Assembly: GCF_963921235.1 (NCBI RefSeq)
Contig: NC_086108.1
Location: 35,280,001-35,344,000, forward strand
Length of the DNA: 64,000 nucleotides
Direction: 5' to 3'
Source of the DNA: Mobula hypostoma
Lineage: Eukaryota
Position numbers and translations under genes: made by a program. The number at the start of each line of letters is the position of its first letter. The stretch's first letter is position 1. The notes beneath the pieces are model-generated. The model ran no database searches and was not told the DNA's origin. It saw only the letters and a program-made list of their open reading frames with translations. Positions 38,214-49,837 of this stretch are shown in pieces.

Positions 38214-39810
38214 TCAACCAGTTTCCCTCCACCATCACCCTCCTCCGTCTGGCTTTCAACCAGTTTCCCTCCACCACAACCCTCCTTCACCTGCTACAGC
38301 AGGTCCTCACCGTCAACAATTTTTCCTTTGGCTCCTCCCAATTTCTCTAGACTTGGGGGGGGGTTGCCATGGGCACCCACCTCGGCCCCAGCTATGCCTG
38401 CCTTTTTTTATGGCTATGTAGAGCAGTCCATGTTGCAAGAATTCCGCAGTATTGCTCTTAACTCTTGCTCCACTACCTTGGCGACTGCATTGGTGCTGCT
38501 TCATGCACCCATGCTGAGCTCGTCAATTTCATCAACTTTGCCTCTAACTTCCAACCTGCCCTTAAGTTCACTTGGTCCATTTCTGACACCTTGCTCACCT
38601 TCCTCAATTTCTCTGTCTCTATCTCTGGAGACAAAATGTCAACCGACATATTTATAAACCTACCGATTCCCATGGCTATCTTGACTATACCTCTGCCTTC
38701 CCTGTCTCCTGTAAAAATACTATTCCCTTTTCTCAGTTCCTTTGTCTCCACCGCAGGATGAGGCTTTCCTTTCCAGGACATCAGAGATGTCCTCCTTCTT
38801 CAAAGAATGGTGTTTCCCTACCACCACCATTGATACTGCCATCACCAACATCTCTTCCATTTCCTGAACATCCCTCTCACCCCATCTTCCTGCTGCCTTA
38901 ACAGCAAGAAAGTTCCTCTTGTCCTTACCTACCACCCCATGAACCTCTGCATTCAACACATCATTCTCTGTACTTTTACCATTTCCAAAAGGATCCTACC
39001 ACCAAATACATCTTTAATTACCCCCCTCCTCCACCTTCTGCAGGGATCACCCCCTCCGTGATTCCTTTGTCTATTCGTTCCTCCCCACTAATCTCCCTTG
39101 CTGCTCTGATCCCTGCAAGCAGCCAAAGTGCTACACCAGTTTATACACCTCCTCTCTCACTTCCATTCAGGGTCCCAAACAGTCCTTCCAGGTGAGGCAA
39201 CACTGCTGGGGTCATCCATTGTGTCCAGAGCTCCTGATGTGGCCTCCTCTACATTGGTGGGACCCATCATAAATTGATGGACTGCTACATCAAGCACCTC
39301 CACTCCATCCACCAAAAATGCAACTTCCCGCTAACCAAACTTTTTAATTCCAACTCCCATTCCCATTCCATGGTCTCTTCTTGTCCCACGATGAGGCCGC
39401 CCTCAGGATGAACGCCTCATATTCCATCTGGGTAGCTTCCAACCTGATGGCAGGAATATTGATCTCTCCTGGGAAAATAAATCTTTCCCTCTTCCTCTCC
39501 ACTTCTTCTATTCCCTACTCTAGCCCCTTACCTCCTCTTCCCTGCCTATTACCACCCCCCCTTTTTCCTATGGTCTACTCTCCTCTCCTATCAGATTCCT
39601 TCCTTTCCAGCCCTTTACTTACCTACCCACCTAACTTAAGGTAAGACCTCGAGCTATCCTCCTTCCCCTCCACCAACCTTTTTTTTCTGGCATCTTCTCC
39701 CTTCCTTTCCAGTCCTGAAGAAGGGTCTCGGCCCAAAATGTCGACTATTTATTCATCCCCAGAGATGCTCTCTGACCAGCTGAGTTCCTCCAGCATTCTG
39801 TGTGCCTTGC
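38214..39810 (+). mobile_element. Penelope-like element (RT C-half + GIY-YIG + terminal repeat), decayed
   Basis: AMGT..APAMP, GYVEQS, YLGDCIG (from YIDD), FHPALKFT-like, FLD-like; degenerate hammerhead at 39710-39747. Confidence 0.88.
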
Positions 39811-40489
39811 GTGAGAACCTTGCCTCTCACTTATCCCAGCCCTTAACTTCATCCTTCATTCGAAGCAGTTTGTCTCAGTGAGATGCTCTGGAATGGAGAG
39901 CAGGACCTCTGACTTTGCCCAGTTTGGAATTCTCCACATACATGGGTTAGTTGGCAACCAGGATTTGTTGCAATGTTCACAGCACTTACATGCAGTACTG
40001 ACACTTAGAGGGGAGCTGTCAGTATCAAGGAGGTTGCGGAGGGGGGGGGGATAAAATGTTGGTGAAGAAGAGAATCAGAAAAAGAACAAAACTTCATATA
40101 GTTCATTTCTAATTGGCTATCCCCCTACTGCTTGTAGGTTTACCCTTGGAAAATAGAGACCCAGTTTGTCAACGCCATTGTACCTAGACTTTTGCACTGG
40201 ATGAAGAGGGAACGCGAGAGCGCCAAGAAGCAAAAACCACTTATTGTTCCTTCCACTTGCCCTGTCACTTAACGCCCCACCCACACTGAAACCAACTGTT
40301 TATTTCCATCATCTCCATCCTCGTTATGACTACAAAACTGGTGCAGAACTCACAGCAGTTATGTCTCACCTACTGTAGAAAAATATTATTGTTTAGCAAT
40401 TGAAGGTGACAGGCTGCATCATAATGGAGGGTGACTGTGTTTCCACTTCCCCTCAGTATGACTGTAATATCTCACATTTCCAGTAAATG

Positions 40490-40705
40490 GTGTTGAATGG
40501 GCTATGTTGTTCTCAGCAATGTTTAAAGTGCTGTCCTTTGAGAGAGATGTTACTGTACAACCTCGCTGGAACTTCAATGTACTTAAAACTTAGTAAGTTA
40601 TTATTTCTACATCTCAACACCTACTACATTTAAAAATCACTCAAGTACCTTTGGACTGCTGAAAGTGGTGAACATCACTGTTTAAATCAATGCTTCTTTT
40701 CTTTA
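40490..40705 (+). mobile_element. Deu-domain SINE relic
   Basis: gtgctgtcctttgagagagatgtta...tttctacat..caac...ctttggact.ctga..gtggtgaa..cactgtttaaat. Confidence 0.4.
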
Positions 40706-40734
40706 TTTCATTTAAGGGAGTAAAAAATTCTCTT

Positions 40735-42120
40735 CAGAATCAGAATCAGGACCAGGTTTATTACCACTGACATGTGCCGTGAAATTTGTTAACTCACCAG
40801 CAGCAGTTCAATGCAATACATAATATAGAAGAAGAAGGAAAAAAAATTAAATAATAATAATAATTAAATAAGTAAATCGATTACAGTACACGTATATTGA
40901 ATAGATTAAAAACTGTGCAAAAAACAGAATATATGTTAAAAAAGTGAGGTGGTGTTCATGGGTTCAATGCTCATTTAGGAATCAGGTGGCAGAGGGGAAG
41001 AAGCTGTTCCTGAATCGCTGAGTGTGTGCTTTCAGGTTTCTGTACATCCTGCCTGATGGTAACAGTAAGAAAACGGCATGCCCTGGGTTCTGGAAACCCT
41101 AATAATGGACGCTGCCTTTCTGAGACACCACTCCTTGAAGATGTCCTGAGTACTTTGTAGGCTAGTACCCAAGATGGAGCCGACTAAATTTACAACCCTC
41201 TGCAGTTTCTTTTGGTCCTATGCAGTAGCCCCTCCATACCAGACACTGATGCAGCCTGTCAGAAAGCGCCCCACGGTACATCTATAGAAGTCTTTGAATG
41301 TATTTGTTGACATACCAAATCTTTTCAAACTCCTAATGAAGTATAGTCGCTGTCTTGCCTTCCTTATAGCCGCATCGATATGTTGCAAACAGGTTAGGTC
41401 CTCAGAGATCTTGACACCCAGGAACTTGAACCTGCTCACCCTCTCCTCTTCTGATCTCTCAATGAGGATTGGTATGTGTTCCTTCATCTTACCCTTCCTG
41501 AAGTCCACAATCAGCTCTTTCAGCTTACTGATATTGTGTGCAAGGTTGTTGCTGCGACACCACTCCACTAGTTGGCATATCTACTCCTGTACGCCCTCTT
41601 GTCACCACCTGAGATTCTACCAACAATGGTTGTATCATCAGCAAATTTATAGATGGTGTTTGAGCTGTGCTTAGCCACACAGTCATGTGTATATAGAGAG
41701 TAGAGCAGTGGGCTAAGCACACACCCCTGAGGTGCACCAGTGTTCATCATCAATGAGGAGGAGATGTTATTACCAATCTGCACAGATTGCAGTCTTCCAG
41801 TTAAGAAGTCGAAGACCCAATTGCAGAGGGAGGTACAGAGGCCCAGGTTCTGTAATTTCTCAATCAGGATTGTGGGAATGATGGTATTGAAGGCTGAGCT
41901 ATAGTCGATGAACAGCATCCTGACATAGGTGTTTGTATTGTCCAGGTGGTCTAAAGCCATATGGAGAGCCATTGAGATTGCATCTGCTGTTGACCCATTG
42001 TGGAGATAGGCAAATTACAATGGGTCCTGGTCCTTGCTGAGGCTCAGTCTAGTCATGACCAACCTCTCAAAGCTCTTCATCACTGTCGATGTGAGTGCTA
42101 CCGGGCGATAGCAATTAAGG
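40735..42120 (-). mobile_element. Rex1/Babar LINE 3' half
   Basis: [49 protein letters not shown]; (TCTGAT)n tail at 40735-40750. Confidence 0.93.
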
Positions 42121-42532
42121 TAACTTCCCTCATGGACTTCAGCTTCATGGGCTATTCTTCCCTCACCCTTCACTGTGAATTAACCGAACTGGCATTTGTT
42201 GTTGGTGGGATCTTGCTTTGTGTATTAAAATACCTGCTATACTCCCAAGTAATCTCTTGCAGGTGAATCCAGATGAAAGGCCACTACCACTGTATTTAAG
42301 GCAAGTTTAAGCAACAGGTAAAGGAACAAATTGTTATAGAATGTTGGAAAGAGAACCTACAGAGAAAGATGGTAGAAAGTGAACACCAGCAGAACCATGT
42401 TCTTTCCATTTCTCATTGACAAAATATTAAGATGTACCTTAATAGAGGAATAGTATGCTCTAAAGTTGAACGACATTCTGTAATTTTAAAAAGCCACTGC
42501 ATTGCTAGATCACAATTAACTATCTTCTACAC

Positions 42533-44848
42533 CGGGGTGGCCAACCTTTTACATTCCATGTGTCAATTTTTTCACGCACGAGTTCAGATATGCCATACAA
42601 CTCTTGTTCCCCCATTCAAATCTTGTAAAATATGTTAATATAGACATATTTAACATTTTTACATGATATATTGATTTAATATAAAAACAAAATAAACATT
42701 ACTTACCTTAATAAGACTTCTGAGTCTGTTTTATTTTCGCTAAGATTTTAATGCTTGGAGTTAAATTGGTTACTGAGAGCAGCAGAGAATTCTTCAAATT
42801 TGAATCAGTCAATCGTGACCTCGTTTTGTTTTCATTCAATTTCATGGCTGAAAATGCTTGTTCACATCTGTATGTCGTTCCGAAACGACAGATATAACTC
42901 TGGGCAAATTTTCTTAGTTCTGGAAAATGTTCACAGGGTAATGATCACCAGAAATGAATCATGTCAGAAGCATTTGGGACTGAGGGAAGCTCATCAAATT
43001 TCATGTTCAATAATGAATTTGTTTTCAAGTCAGTAAGCTCCATTTGTATGTTACTAGGCATCTTCATGATTTTTTGTTCACTAAATGAAAATGGGTTTTG
43101 TAAATGCAAGTATGCGGTCTTCTTCTTTAGCAAAATCATGAAAACAACTTTCAAATGACTCTTGCAATAACCTGATTTTTTCAATATATTTTCTAAAATT
43201 GCCATTATCTTCAGCACATTCACTCTGCTCTTTTAAGTACGGAAACTGGCTCAAATCCTCATTTTCTAACTGAGAGTTGAACAGTTTTAACTTCATCTTG
43301 AATACATTGATATCATTTACTAAGCTAGGAAACAATTTGTTCTTGCCCTGGAGTTTCAAATTTAGATCATTAAGATGGCTGGTAACATCAACTAAAAATG
43401 CTAAATCAAATAGCCAGTTGTTATCACATAAAAGGGCCCTTTCCTCAGGCTGCTCATTTTTCTCTTCTAGAAAATTATGAACAGTATTTTTCAGCTTCCA
43501 AAATCTACTCAGAACCTGTCCTCTAGAAAGCCAGCTCACCTCACAGTGAAGGACAAGATCGCCCTATTCCAAATCTAACATTTCACAATAATCTCTGAAT
43601 TCTCATCTGTTTAATCCTCTTGCTCTAATTCTATTCACGCATTTCACAACCAGTAACATAACATGCTGCAAATTTAAAGTTTTTCCACACAGTGACTCTT
43701 GGTGTATAATGCAATGATATTTTAGTAGAGGATGATCTAAAAAGTCTTCAAGCAAAGTTGTAGTCCCAGTGGTTTTACCTATCATTGACGGTGCTCCGTC
43801 AGTACAAACACCAGCGAGTTTACTAGAATCTAGTTGTAGATTTTCTAGGCATGATTTTACTTTGTCAAATATGTCTGATCCTCTTGTTTTTCCATGAAGC
43901 GATTCAAGACAAAGACGCTAAAATTATCATCAATTTCTCTTATAAAAATGCTTAACTGGGCTACGTCACATATGTCAGCAGATTTGTCCAAAGCTAAAGA
44001 AAAGCAAGTACAAGCATGGACGAGGTCTTTCAGTTGCTCAGATACATCATGACAGAATTCTTCGGTGCATCTCGTAACTGTTTGCTTCGACAGAGCAATT
44101 TCTTCTATTTTCCTTTCGATATTTTTATCACCAAAACATCTTGCAAATATTTGAAGATGAGGCTTAACAATTTCTTCTCCATCAGAGAAAGACTTCAGTT
44201 TTTTGGTCAACGCTAAAGCAATTTCGTAGGACGCTTCTGTCTTCACCAAATTTTTACCATCACTTTCTGCTTTTCTTTTGCTCATTTTCTTTTGCACTGT
44301 GCTGGGTAACTGAATGTAAAAACAAGGCTTAACTTTTGAAAAAGTACAAAACTGCAAATGTTCACAAAGGACAAACAAAGGCCAACTCCGTAGCACACAA
44401 GCGTCATTTGTAAACTGACCGGCACAAACCTGCGACGCACCATTGGTGCAGACGCCTGGCGCCTCAGGATCAAACAATTATCAAACGTGTATTGAACAGT
44501 TATGGAATGACTGCAGAACAAAAGTCCTTCTTTCCTAGTTTGACTCATTGAACATTTTTTTAATTGAAAACAGTTTAATGTGAAAGAAGATAACATTTGC
44601 CAAAAGATGTGCATGAAATAATAAAATCGCTAAAAATAATTGCTAACTTTTAGATTTATTCTCAGTAAATCCCATTTCTAGCTCTAAGCTACTTGAATTC
44701 CTGTTATAGATTTTTTTTTCTACAAATCCGTTTTTGGTTAATACTTTTTGCATGAGTAGGCTTACTCTTTTATTATTATCACTGGGGTGCAATACTAGTC
44801 ATCCAATGCTCCACTTTTGATGCAAACACCATAGGTTGTCCATCCCAG
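42533..44848 (-). mobile_element. hAT (Charlie/Buster-type) DNA transposon with a decayed transposase
   Basis: Imperfect TIRs CGGGGTGGCCAACCT / AGGTTGTCCATCCCAG and a perfect 8-bp TSD TTCTACAC (42525-42532, 44849-44856). Motifs include FSLALD, AQLSIFIR, TDGAPSMIG, HCIIHQESLC, WLSRG and DLAFLVD..HLN.LNLKLQG. Confidence 0.95.
42890..44285 (-). pseudogene. hAT transposase pseudogene (GTF2IRD2/SPIN-like fold), split over several frames
   Basis: ORFs 43857-44477, 43603-43785, 43081-43539 and 42945-43223 are successive pieces. Confidence 0.88.
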
Positions 44849-45164
44849 TTCTACACTGTGGTTACAAGGAACTTTATCCATTCATGATGGTTTCCCTATC
44901 CAAGGAGAATTTCAAAATATGACAATTACTATTAAGAACTCATACAGTGCTTGTGCATTCTTCATGACCACAGTGAAAGTTCAACTTTACTGGTTAAGCC
45001 CTTTCTGCTAGTTTGCAATATCACAGTGACAGTATGACACTTAAGATTTGATGAGGAGTTGGAGAGCACATTTTAAAAAAAAATTATTGTGCATTGTTAC
45101 ATCTTGGTGTGAAGTCTGAGCTGCCTGCAGTTAGGTAATCACAGTCAGCTCTCGTGGAGAGAAA

Positions 45165-45255
45165 CACACACAAAGTGCTGGAGGAACTCAGCAGGTCAGG
45201 CAGAATCTATGGAAATGAATAAACAGTCGACAGTTCGGGAAGAGACTCTTCTTCT
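45165..45255 (-). mobile_element. Penelope terminal-repeat fragment, truncated within the hammerhead motif
   Basis: acacacaaagtgctggaggaactcagcaggtcaggcag..ctatggaaatgaataaacagtcgac. Confidence 0.8.
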
Positions 45256-45615
45256 TGTGTAGAGGTGTGAGATTGAGCATGGGCTCTAAGTGTCGGATGA
45301 ATACACCCAATGGTCAAGAGAAAGGTGGTGCTTCCCCCAAAAAACTTAAATCACCTTTAATCATCTCCTAAGCATGGGTGGTGCACACGGGACAGTTTTC
45401 ATATTTTTAAAACATTTATCTGTGCCACTGTTACATCTTGGTGTGAAGTCTGAGCTACATGCCGTGAGGTAATCAAAGCTGCATGGTACATAATCCCTAG
45501 TGTATCACTCTACCAGATGCCCATTGGTATTAACAGACAGGGTTTTATTTCAAGCAACACACATCAAAGTTGCTGGTGAACGCAGCAGGCCAGGCAGCAT
45601 CTCTAGGAAGAGGTG

Positions 45616-45653
45616 CAGTCGACGTTTCAGGCCAAGACCCTTCGTCAGGACTA
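45616..45653 (-). ncRNA. Minimal type I hammerhead ribozyme motif (intact core)
   Basis: Minus strand reads UAGUC-CUGACGA-AGGGUCUUGGCCU-GAAA-CGUC-GACUG. Confidence 0.75.
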
Positions 45654-46014
45654 ACTGAAGGAAGAGTTAGTAAGAGATTTGAAAGTGGGAGGGGGAGGGG
45701 GAGATCCAAAATGATAGGAGAAGACAGGAGGGGGAGGGATGGAGCCAAGAGCTGGACAGGTGATTGGCAAAAGGGATATGAGAGGATCATGGGACAGGAG
45801 GCCCGGGGAGAAAGACAAGGGGGCGGGGAACCCAGACGATGGGCAAGAGGTATATTCAGAGTGACAGAGGGAGAAAAAGGAGAATAAGAGAAAGAATGTG
45901 TGTATAAAAATAAATAACGGATGGGATACAAGGGGGAGGTGGGGCATTAGCGGAAGTCAGAGAAGTCAATGTTCATGCCATCAGGTTGGAGGCTACCCAG
46001 ACGGAATATAAGGT

Positions 46015-46152
46015 GTTTAGATCCTCTCTTCGACGGGAGTTCAGTGAAACCATCTCTCACTGCACCCCATCTGTAATTTCTTCGTTTAGATCCTCTCTTC
46101 AACGGGAGTTCAGTGAAACCATCTCTCACTGCTCCCCATCTGTAATTTCTTC
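46015..46152 (+). repeat. 69-bp tandem duplication (2 copies)
   Basis: GTTTAGATCCTCTC...GTAATTTCTTC at 46015-46083 and 46084-46152, with 2 mismatches. Confidence 0.95.
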
Positions 46153-46449
46153 GGCTCTTCAACTTTTCGACCACATTTTGACTCAGACTCGCTATCACAA
46201 CACATTCTTTCTCTCACTCGCCTTTTTCTCCCTCTGTCCCTCTGACTACACCCCTTTCCCATCCTCTGGGTTCCCCCTCCCAACTTGTCTTTCTCTCTGG
46301 GCCTCCTGTCCAATGATCCTCTCATACCCCCTTTGCCAATCACCTGTCCAGCTCTTGGCTCCATCCCTCCCCCTCCTGTCTTCTCCTATCATTTTGGATC
46401 TCCCCCTCCCCCTCCCACTTTCAAATCTCTTGCTAACTCTTCCTTCAGT

Positions 46450-46487
46450 TAGTCCTGACGAAGGGTCTCGGCCTGAAACGTCGACTG
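46450..46487 (+). ncRNA. Minimal type I hammerhead ribozyme motif (intact core; predicted cleavage after 46482)
   Basis: UAGUC-CUGACGA-AGGGUCUCGGCCU-GAAA-CGUC-GACUG: stem I AGUC/GACU, stem II AGG/CCU, palindromic ACGU stem III. Confidence 0.78.
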
Positions 46488-47224
46488 TACCTCTTCCTAT
46501 AGATGCTGCCTGGCCTGCTGCGTTCACCAGCAACTTTGATGTGTGTTGCTTGAATTTCCAGCATCTGCAGAATTCCTGTTGTTAGGGTTTTATTTCAATC
46601 TGGGTAAGAGGACTGGTTTGGAATCACAGGAAGATGTGAGTTCTGGAGAGGTGGCACCTACTCTGGCCCTCTGTCTCCCTTTTTTTTCAATGAACACTGA
46701 AGCGTATGGTCAGACGGAGTGAGGATTCATTCCTATCAAGGGCCAAGCCAGTGGCAGAAGAGGCTTTGCACTCCAGCAAAGTATAACTAGATCTCCTGCT
46801 GAAATGTCACTGTCTTCAGGCAATTTATGGGTGCCTGCCCCAAGCATCTTGTGAGCTGCGGGCAGGCAGCAAGAGGGGAGTTCAGTTTGACTCGCAGCAC
46901 CTGAGCTGGTGAAGCTTTGGCCTTGCTGGACCATTTCATGGTCCCCAAACTAGCAACCCAAACCCTTTGCTCATTTCTTCACTCCACTCTCAGCAGGTCA
47001 GGTGGTTGTACCTCTGAAGAGAGTGGGACAATGTACAGATCCTGGGGCAAAGTGATCCCCAAACCCTCTGTTAGCATCTGCAGAAAGAAAACATGGAATA
47101 AGTGGGCAGAGGCCCTGTAGCCCACCTCCTTACTGAAAGATAAAAACAGTTACTGCGGCCTTACTATGCATGTTGGGACTAAAGAGCAACATGCCTTGAA
47201 CTGGTGGAGAACAGGAGAGAAGGA

Positions 47225-47460
47225 ACAAAGGCTGGAATAGGCCATTCAGCCTCTGGAGTGCGCTCAGCTGTTCAATAAGTTCCCATTAACTGCTAAGTTC
47301 CACAGAGATAAAAGCTCTCCGTTTCCATAACTTTAAAGGTAAGGAGCTCTGGAGGCTCATGACCCTTTGAGAGAAGAAATTCCTCCTCACATCCTCTCCA
47401 CTTCAATGAGCGAGCCCTTATACTAAAATAAAAGTACTGGTTCTGGACTTTTGCATGAGA
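47225..47460 (-). mobile_element. Old CR1 3' end relic
   Basis: ggaataggccattcagcc...gctgttcaataag; gagaagaaattcctcctcacatc. Confidence 0.55.
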
Positions 47461-48512
47461 GGAGACATTGTCAGATTCAGATGCATTATTTATCTCATGT
47501 ACATCGAAGCATACAGTGCGCTGGGGAAAACCCACGATTGTCACCACACGCTCCTGCGCCAGCATAGCATGTTCACCTTATCCACAGGCAATGACAACAA
47601 GAACAGGTCAACAGTAACAACAATAACAGCAAAACACTCCTCGTACCTCCCTCCCACCCACTAGTCCTCTAGCCCCCAGGACAGGCAAGCTCTGGTCTCC
47701 AGCTTCCAGTGGACTCAGACTCGAGGACGTTGGACCTTCAACTTCTCTAGCAGATTTGCCGAGACTCACAGACCCAGGTCTCGGCATCCCCTTGGCAGTC
47801 CTCTCAGAATACTTTTAACTTCGAGAGGATTGCTTCTACCTACTTCGAACTCCACTGGGTAAGTGCCCTTCGTCACGAGCCAATTCTTGCATTCTAGAAA
47901 TTAAGCAAGAGAGCCTTCTCTGAACTGGTGCAGGAGACTGTGGACAGAAAGGTGTGAGAGCGGATAGGGGAGTAACGCAATGGGTCCAAAGGAATAGTGC
48001 AGGGTAACAGCAGAACTTTCTGTAGCACTTATTGTCTGAAAGGTGACAAACCACTTGCTTTTAAATCAAATCAAATCATTATTCTCACAGTTTGACAAAC
48101 TGAAGCATTCTTCCTCTTTGATAGGTAGTGCTCTCTGTCGGGTCTCCAGCATTCACACTGTTCTGCGATTCGGAAGCTGAGATCATCATGTGCACTTGCA
48201 GTATAACATTGTAAAGGGGTTGATTGGAGAACACACTGCTGTTCCTCAATCAGCTTCATTTGAACGTGAGGATAAATAAAACACAGGTATGAATAGGCAT
48301 CTATTTGGAAACACAGTCCCTTGCTTTGTGTTGAGAAGTGCAGCCACTCAATGCTTGGTTCATAGTTTTCATATTGTCACATCATGCCATTCTGCCCATT
48401 GAGTCTATGGTGGCTCTTCCATCATTCCCAGCAACGCCACACCCCCACTTCATGCCATGCAGGAATGTCCCTCATGCAGTACAAGCCCCATTCTTTTGCT
48501 CTTCCCGTACAT

Positions 48513-48593
48513 CAGGGGGTTCCCAACTTTTTTTATGCCATGGACTAATACCATTAAGCAAAGGGTGTGAGGGCCCCAGGTTGGGAACCCCTG
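48513..48593. mobile_element. Tiny hAT (Charlie-type) MITE inside a V-SINE relic (~48380-48760, minus)
   Basis: TIRs CAGGGGGTTCCCAAC / GTTGGGAACCCCTG; no clean TSD. Confidence 0.8.
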
Positions 48594-48774
48594 ACCTTCG
48601 TGATAGAGGCAATGCAGCAACCAATTAATCTGAAGAATACTGGATCTTTGGGATGAGGAAGGAAACTGGAGCACTGAAGATGGGGCCACAGGAAGAATGT
48701 CTAAATGCTTCGGAGATAACACTGGAGGTCAGAACTGAGTTCTGGCCGCTGCTATGCCACTCGTTGTGTTTGGC

Positions 48775-49085
48775 CTGATGGTAGTGCAGCGACACAGCTA
48801 ACAGAGCGGCTATCAGACGGCTTCAGACACCCAGGCGCGCTCTGCATGGAGTTTGTGTGACCACAAGTATTTCCTTTGAGTGCTCCAGTCTCCCACCTCA
48901 TTCCACAGAAGTGCTAATTGGCCACTGTAACTTACAGCTCAGGTGTGGGAGCAAGTTGTAGGATTGAGGGAAAGTTGGTGAGAGCGTGGGGAGAATAAAA
49001 TGGGATTAATGTAGGATTGATGCAAATGGGTGCTTAATGCCTGGCATGGACTCCATAGGCCAAAGCACCTAGTTCCATGCTGAAT
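48775..49085 (+). mobile_element. HE1-like V-SINE, degenerate
   Basis: tctgcatggagtttg..tgacc...gagtgctccagtctccc, ctaattggccactgtaa, gggccaaag-like tail. Confidence 0.6.
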
Positions 49086-49837
49086 AATTCTGCAACTTTA
49101 TGGCAGAGCAAGTGGCTGACACTAACTGAGAGATGGATAGTTTAACTAGTCCACTGCTCAGCCTGACTGACCCAACTAGAGCATCAGGAGGTTTCAGCCA
49201 GAGTCAGAGTCAGGTTTAGTACCACTGGCATTAAAAACAGGCACATCAAAATTATGAGGTAGCCAGGTCCCAGGACTAAACTCCAGCCTGGGTTAACCTA
49301 GGTGAGCTCAGAGATGGCCCCATGCTGAGCAGCAATCTTATTATTTAACTCCTTTTCTCTTGGTTTTAAAAGCAGAACTGCACAAACACTTTTTTTTTTG
49401 CTGTGAAGAAGGCTGCTGATTGATAACCTTCCTTGCAAAGGATTAGCATTATAAATAGGACCACTGGGGACTGCACATGGACAGAAGTTCTCACAGCCAG
49501 AGTCTGAGAGGCCACGGAGGCAGCAGATTATTTGTGTCTTCCATACAACGTCAGTATTGGGGATGAATGGACTATAAACCTAGAAGTGATCCTATTGATC
49601 CAACGCACACATGGATTACTTGCAGCCAGAGCCGGGAAGTAGTGCAGTCATGTATGGAAACAGGCCATTTGGCCTTCTAAATCCATGCTGACCAACAAGC
49701 ACCCATTCGTATGTATTCCATATTATTCTCCCATATTCCCATCTATTCCCACCCCCACCATCATCCCCTCCGCTAACACCGGCTTGATTGAAGCAGAAGT
49801 TACGGCAGAGTGGATCCCCACAGGACTAAAACATTGG

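Larger units (their letters stand above)
45539..46598. mobile_element. Young Penelope-derived fold-back element: inverted terminal repeats around a short spacer, flanked by a 15-bp direct repeat
   Basis: 45549-45902 is the reverse complement of ~46200-46553. AGGGTTTTATTTCAA occurs at 45539-45553 and 46584-46598. The GIY-YIG C-terminus HLIFRLGSLQPDGMNIDFSDFR* is on minus at 45947-46016. Confidence 0.92.

Noticed and set aside
42890..44477. Host gene GTF2IRD2/ZBED/SCAND3-like
   Set aside because: Frameshifted, intronless and bounded by TIRs and a TSD; it is a transposon copy, not a domesticated gene.
45986..46585. 199-aa ORF with a 23-aa repeat; also considered a CRISPR-like array
   Set aside because: Read-through of Penelope-derived pieces. 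There are only two adjacent 69-bp copies, no spacers and no cas genes, and the DNA is eukaryotic.
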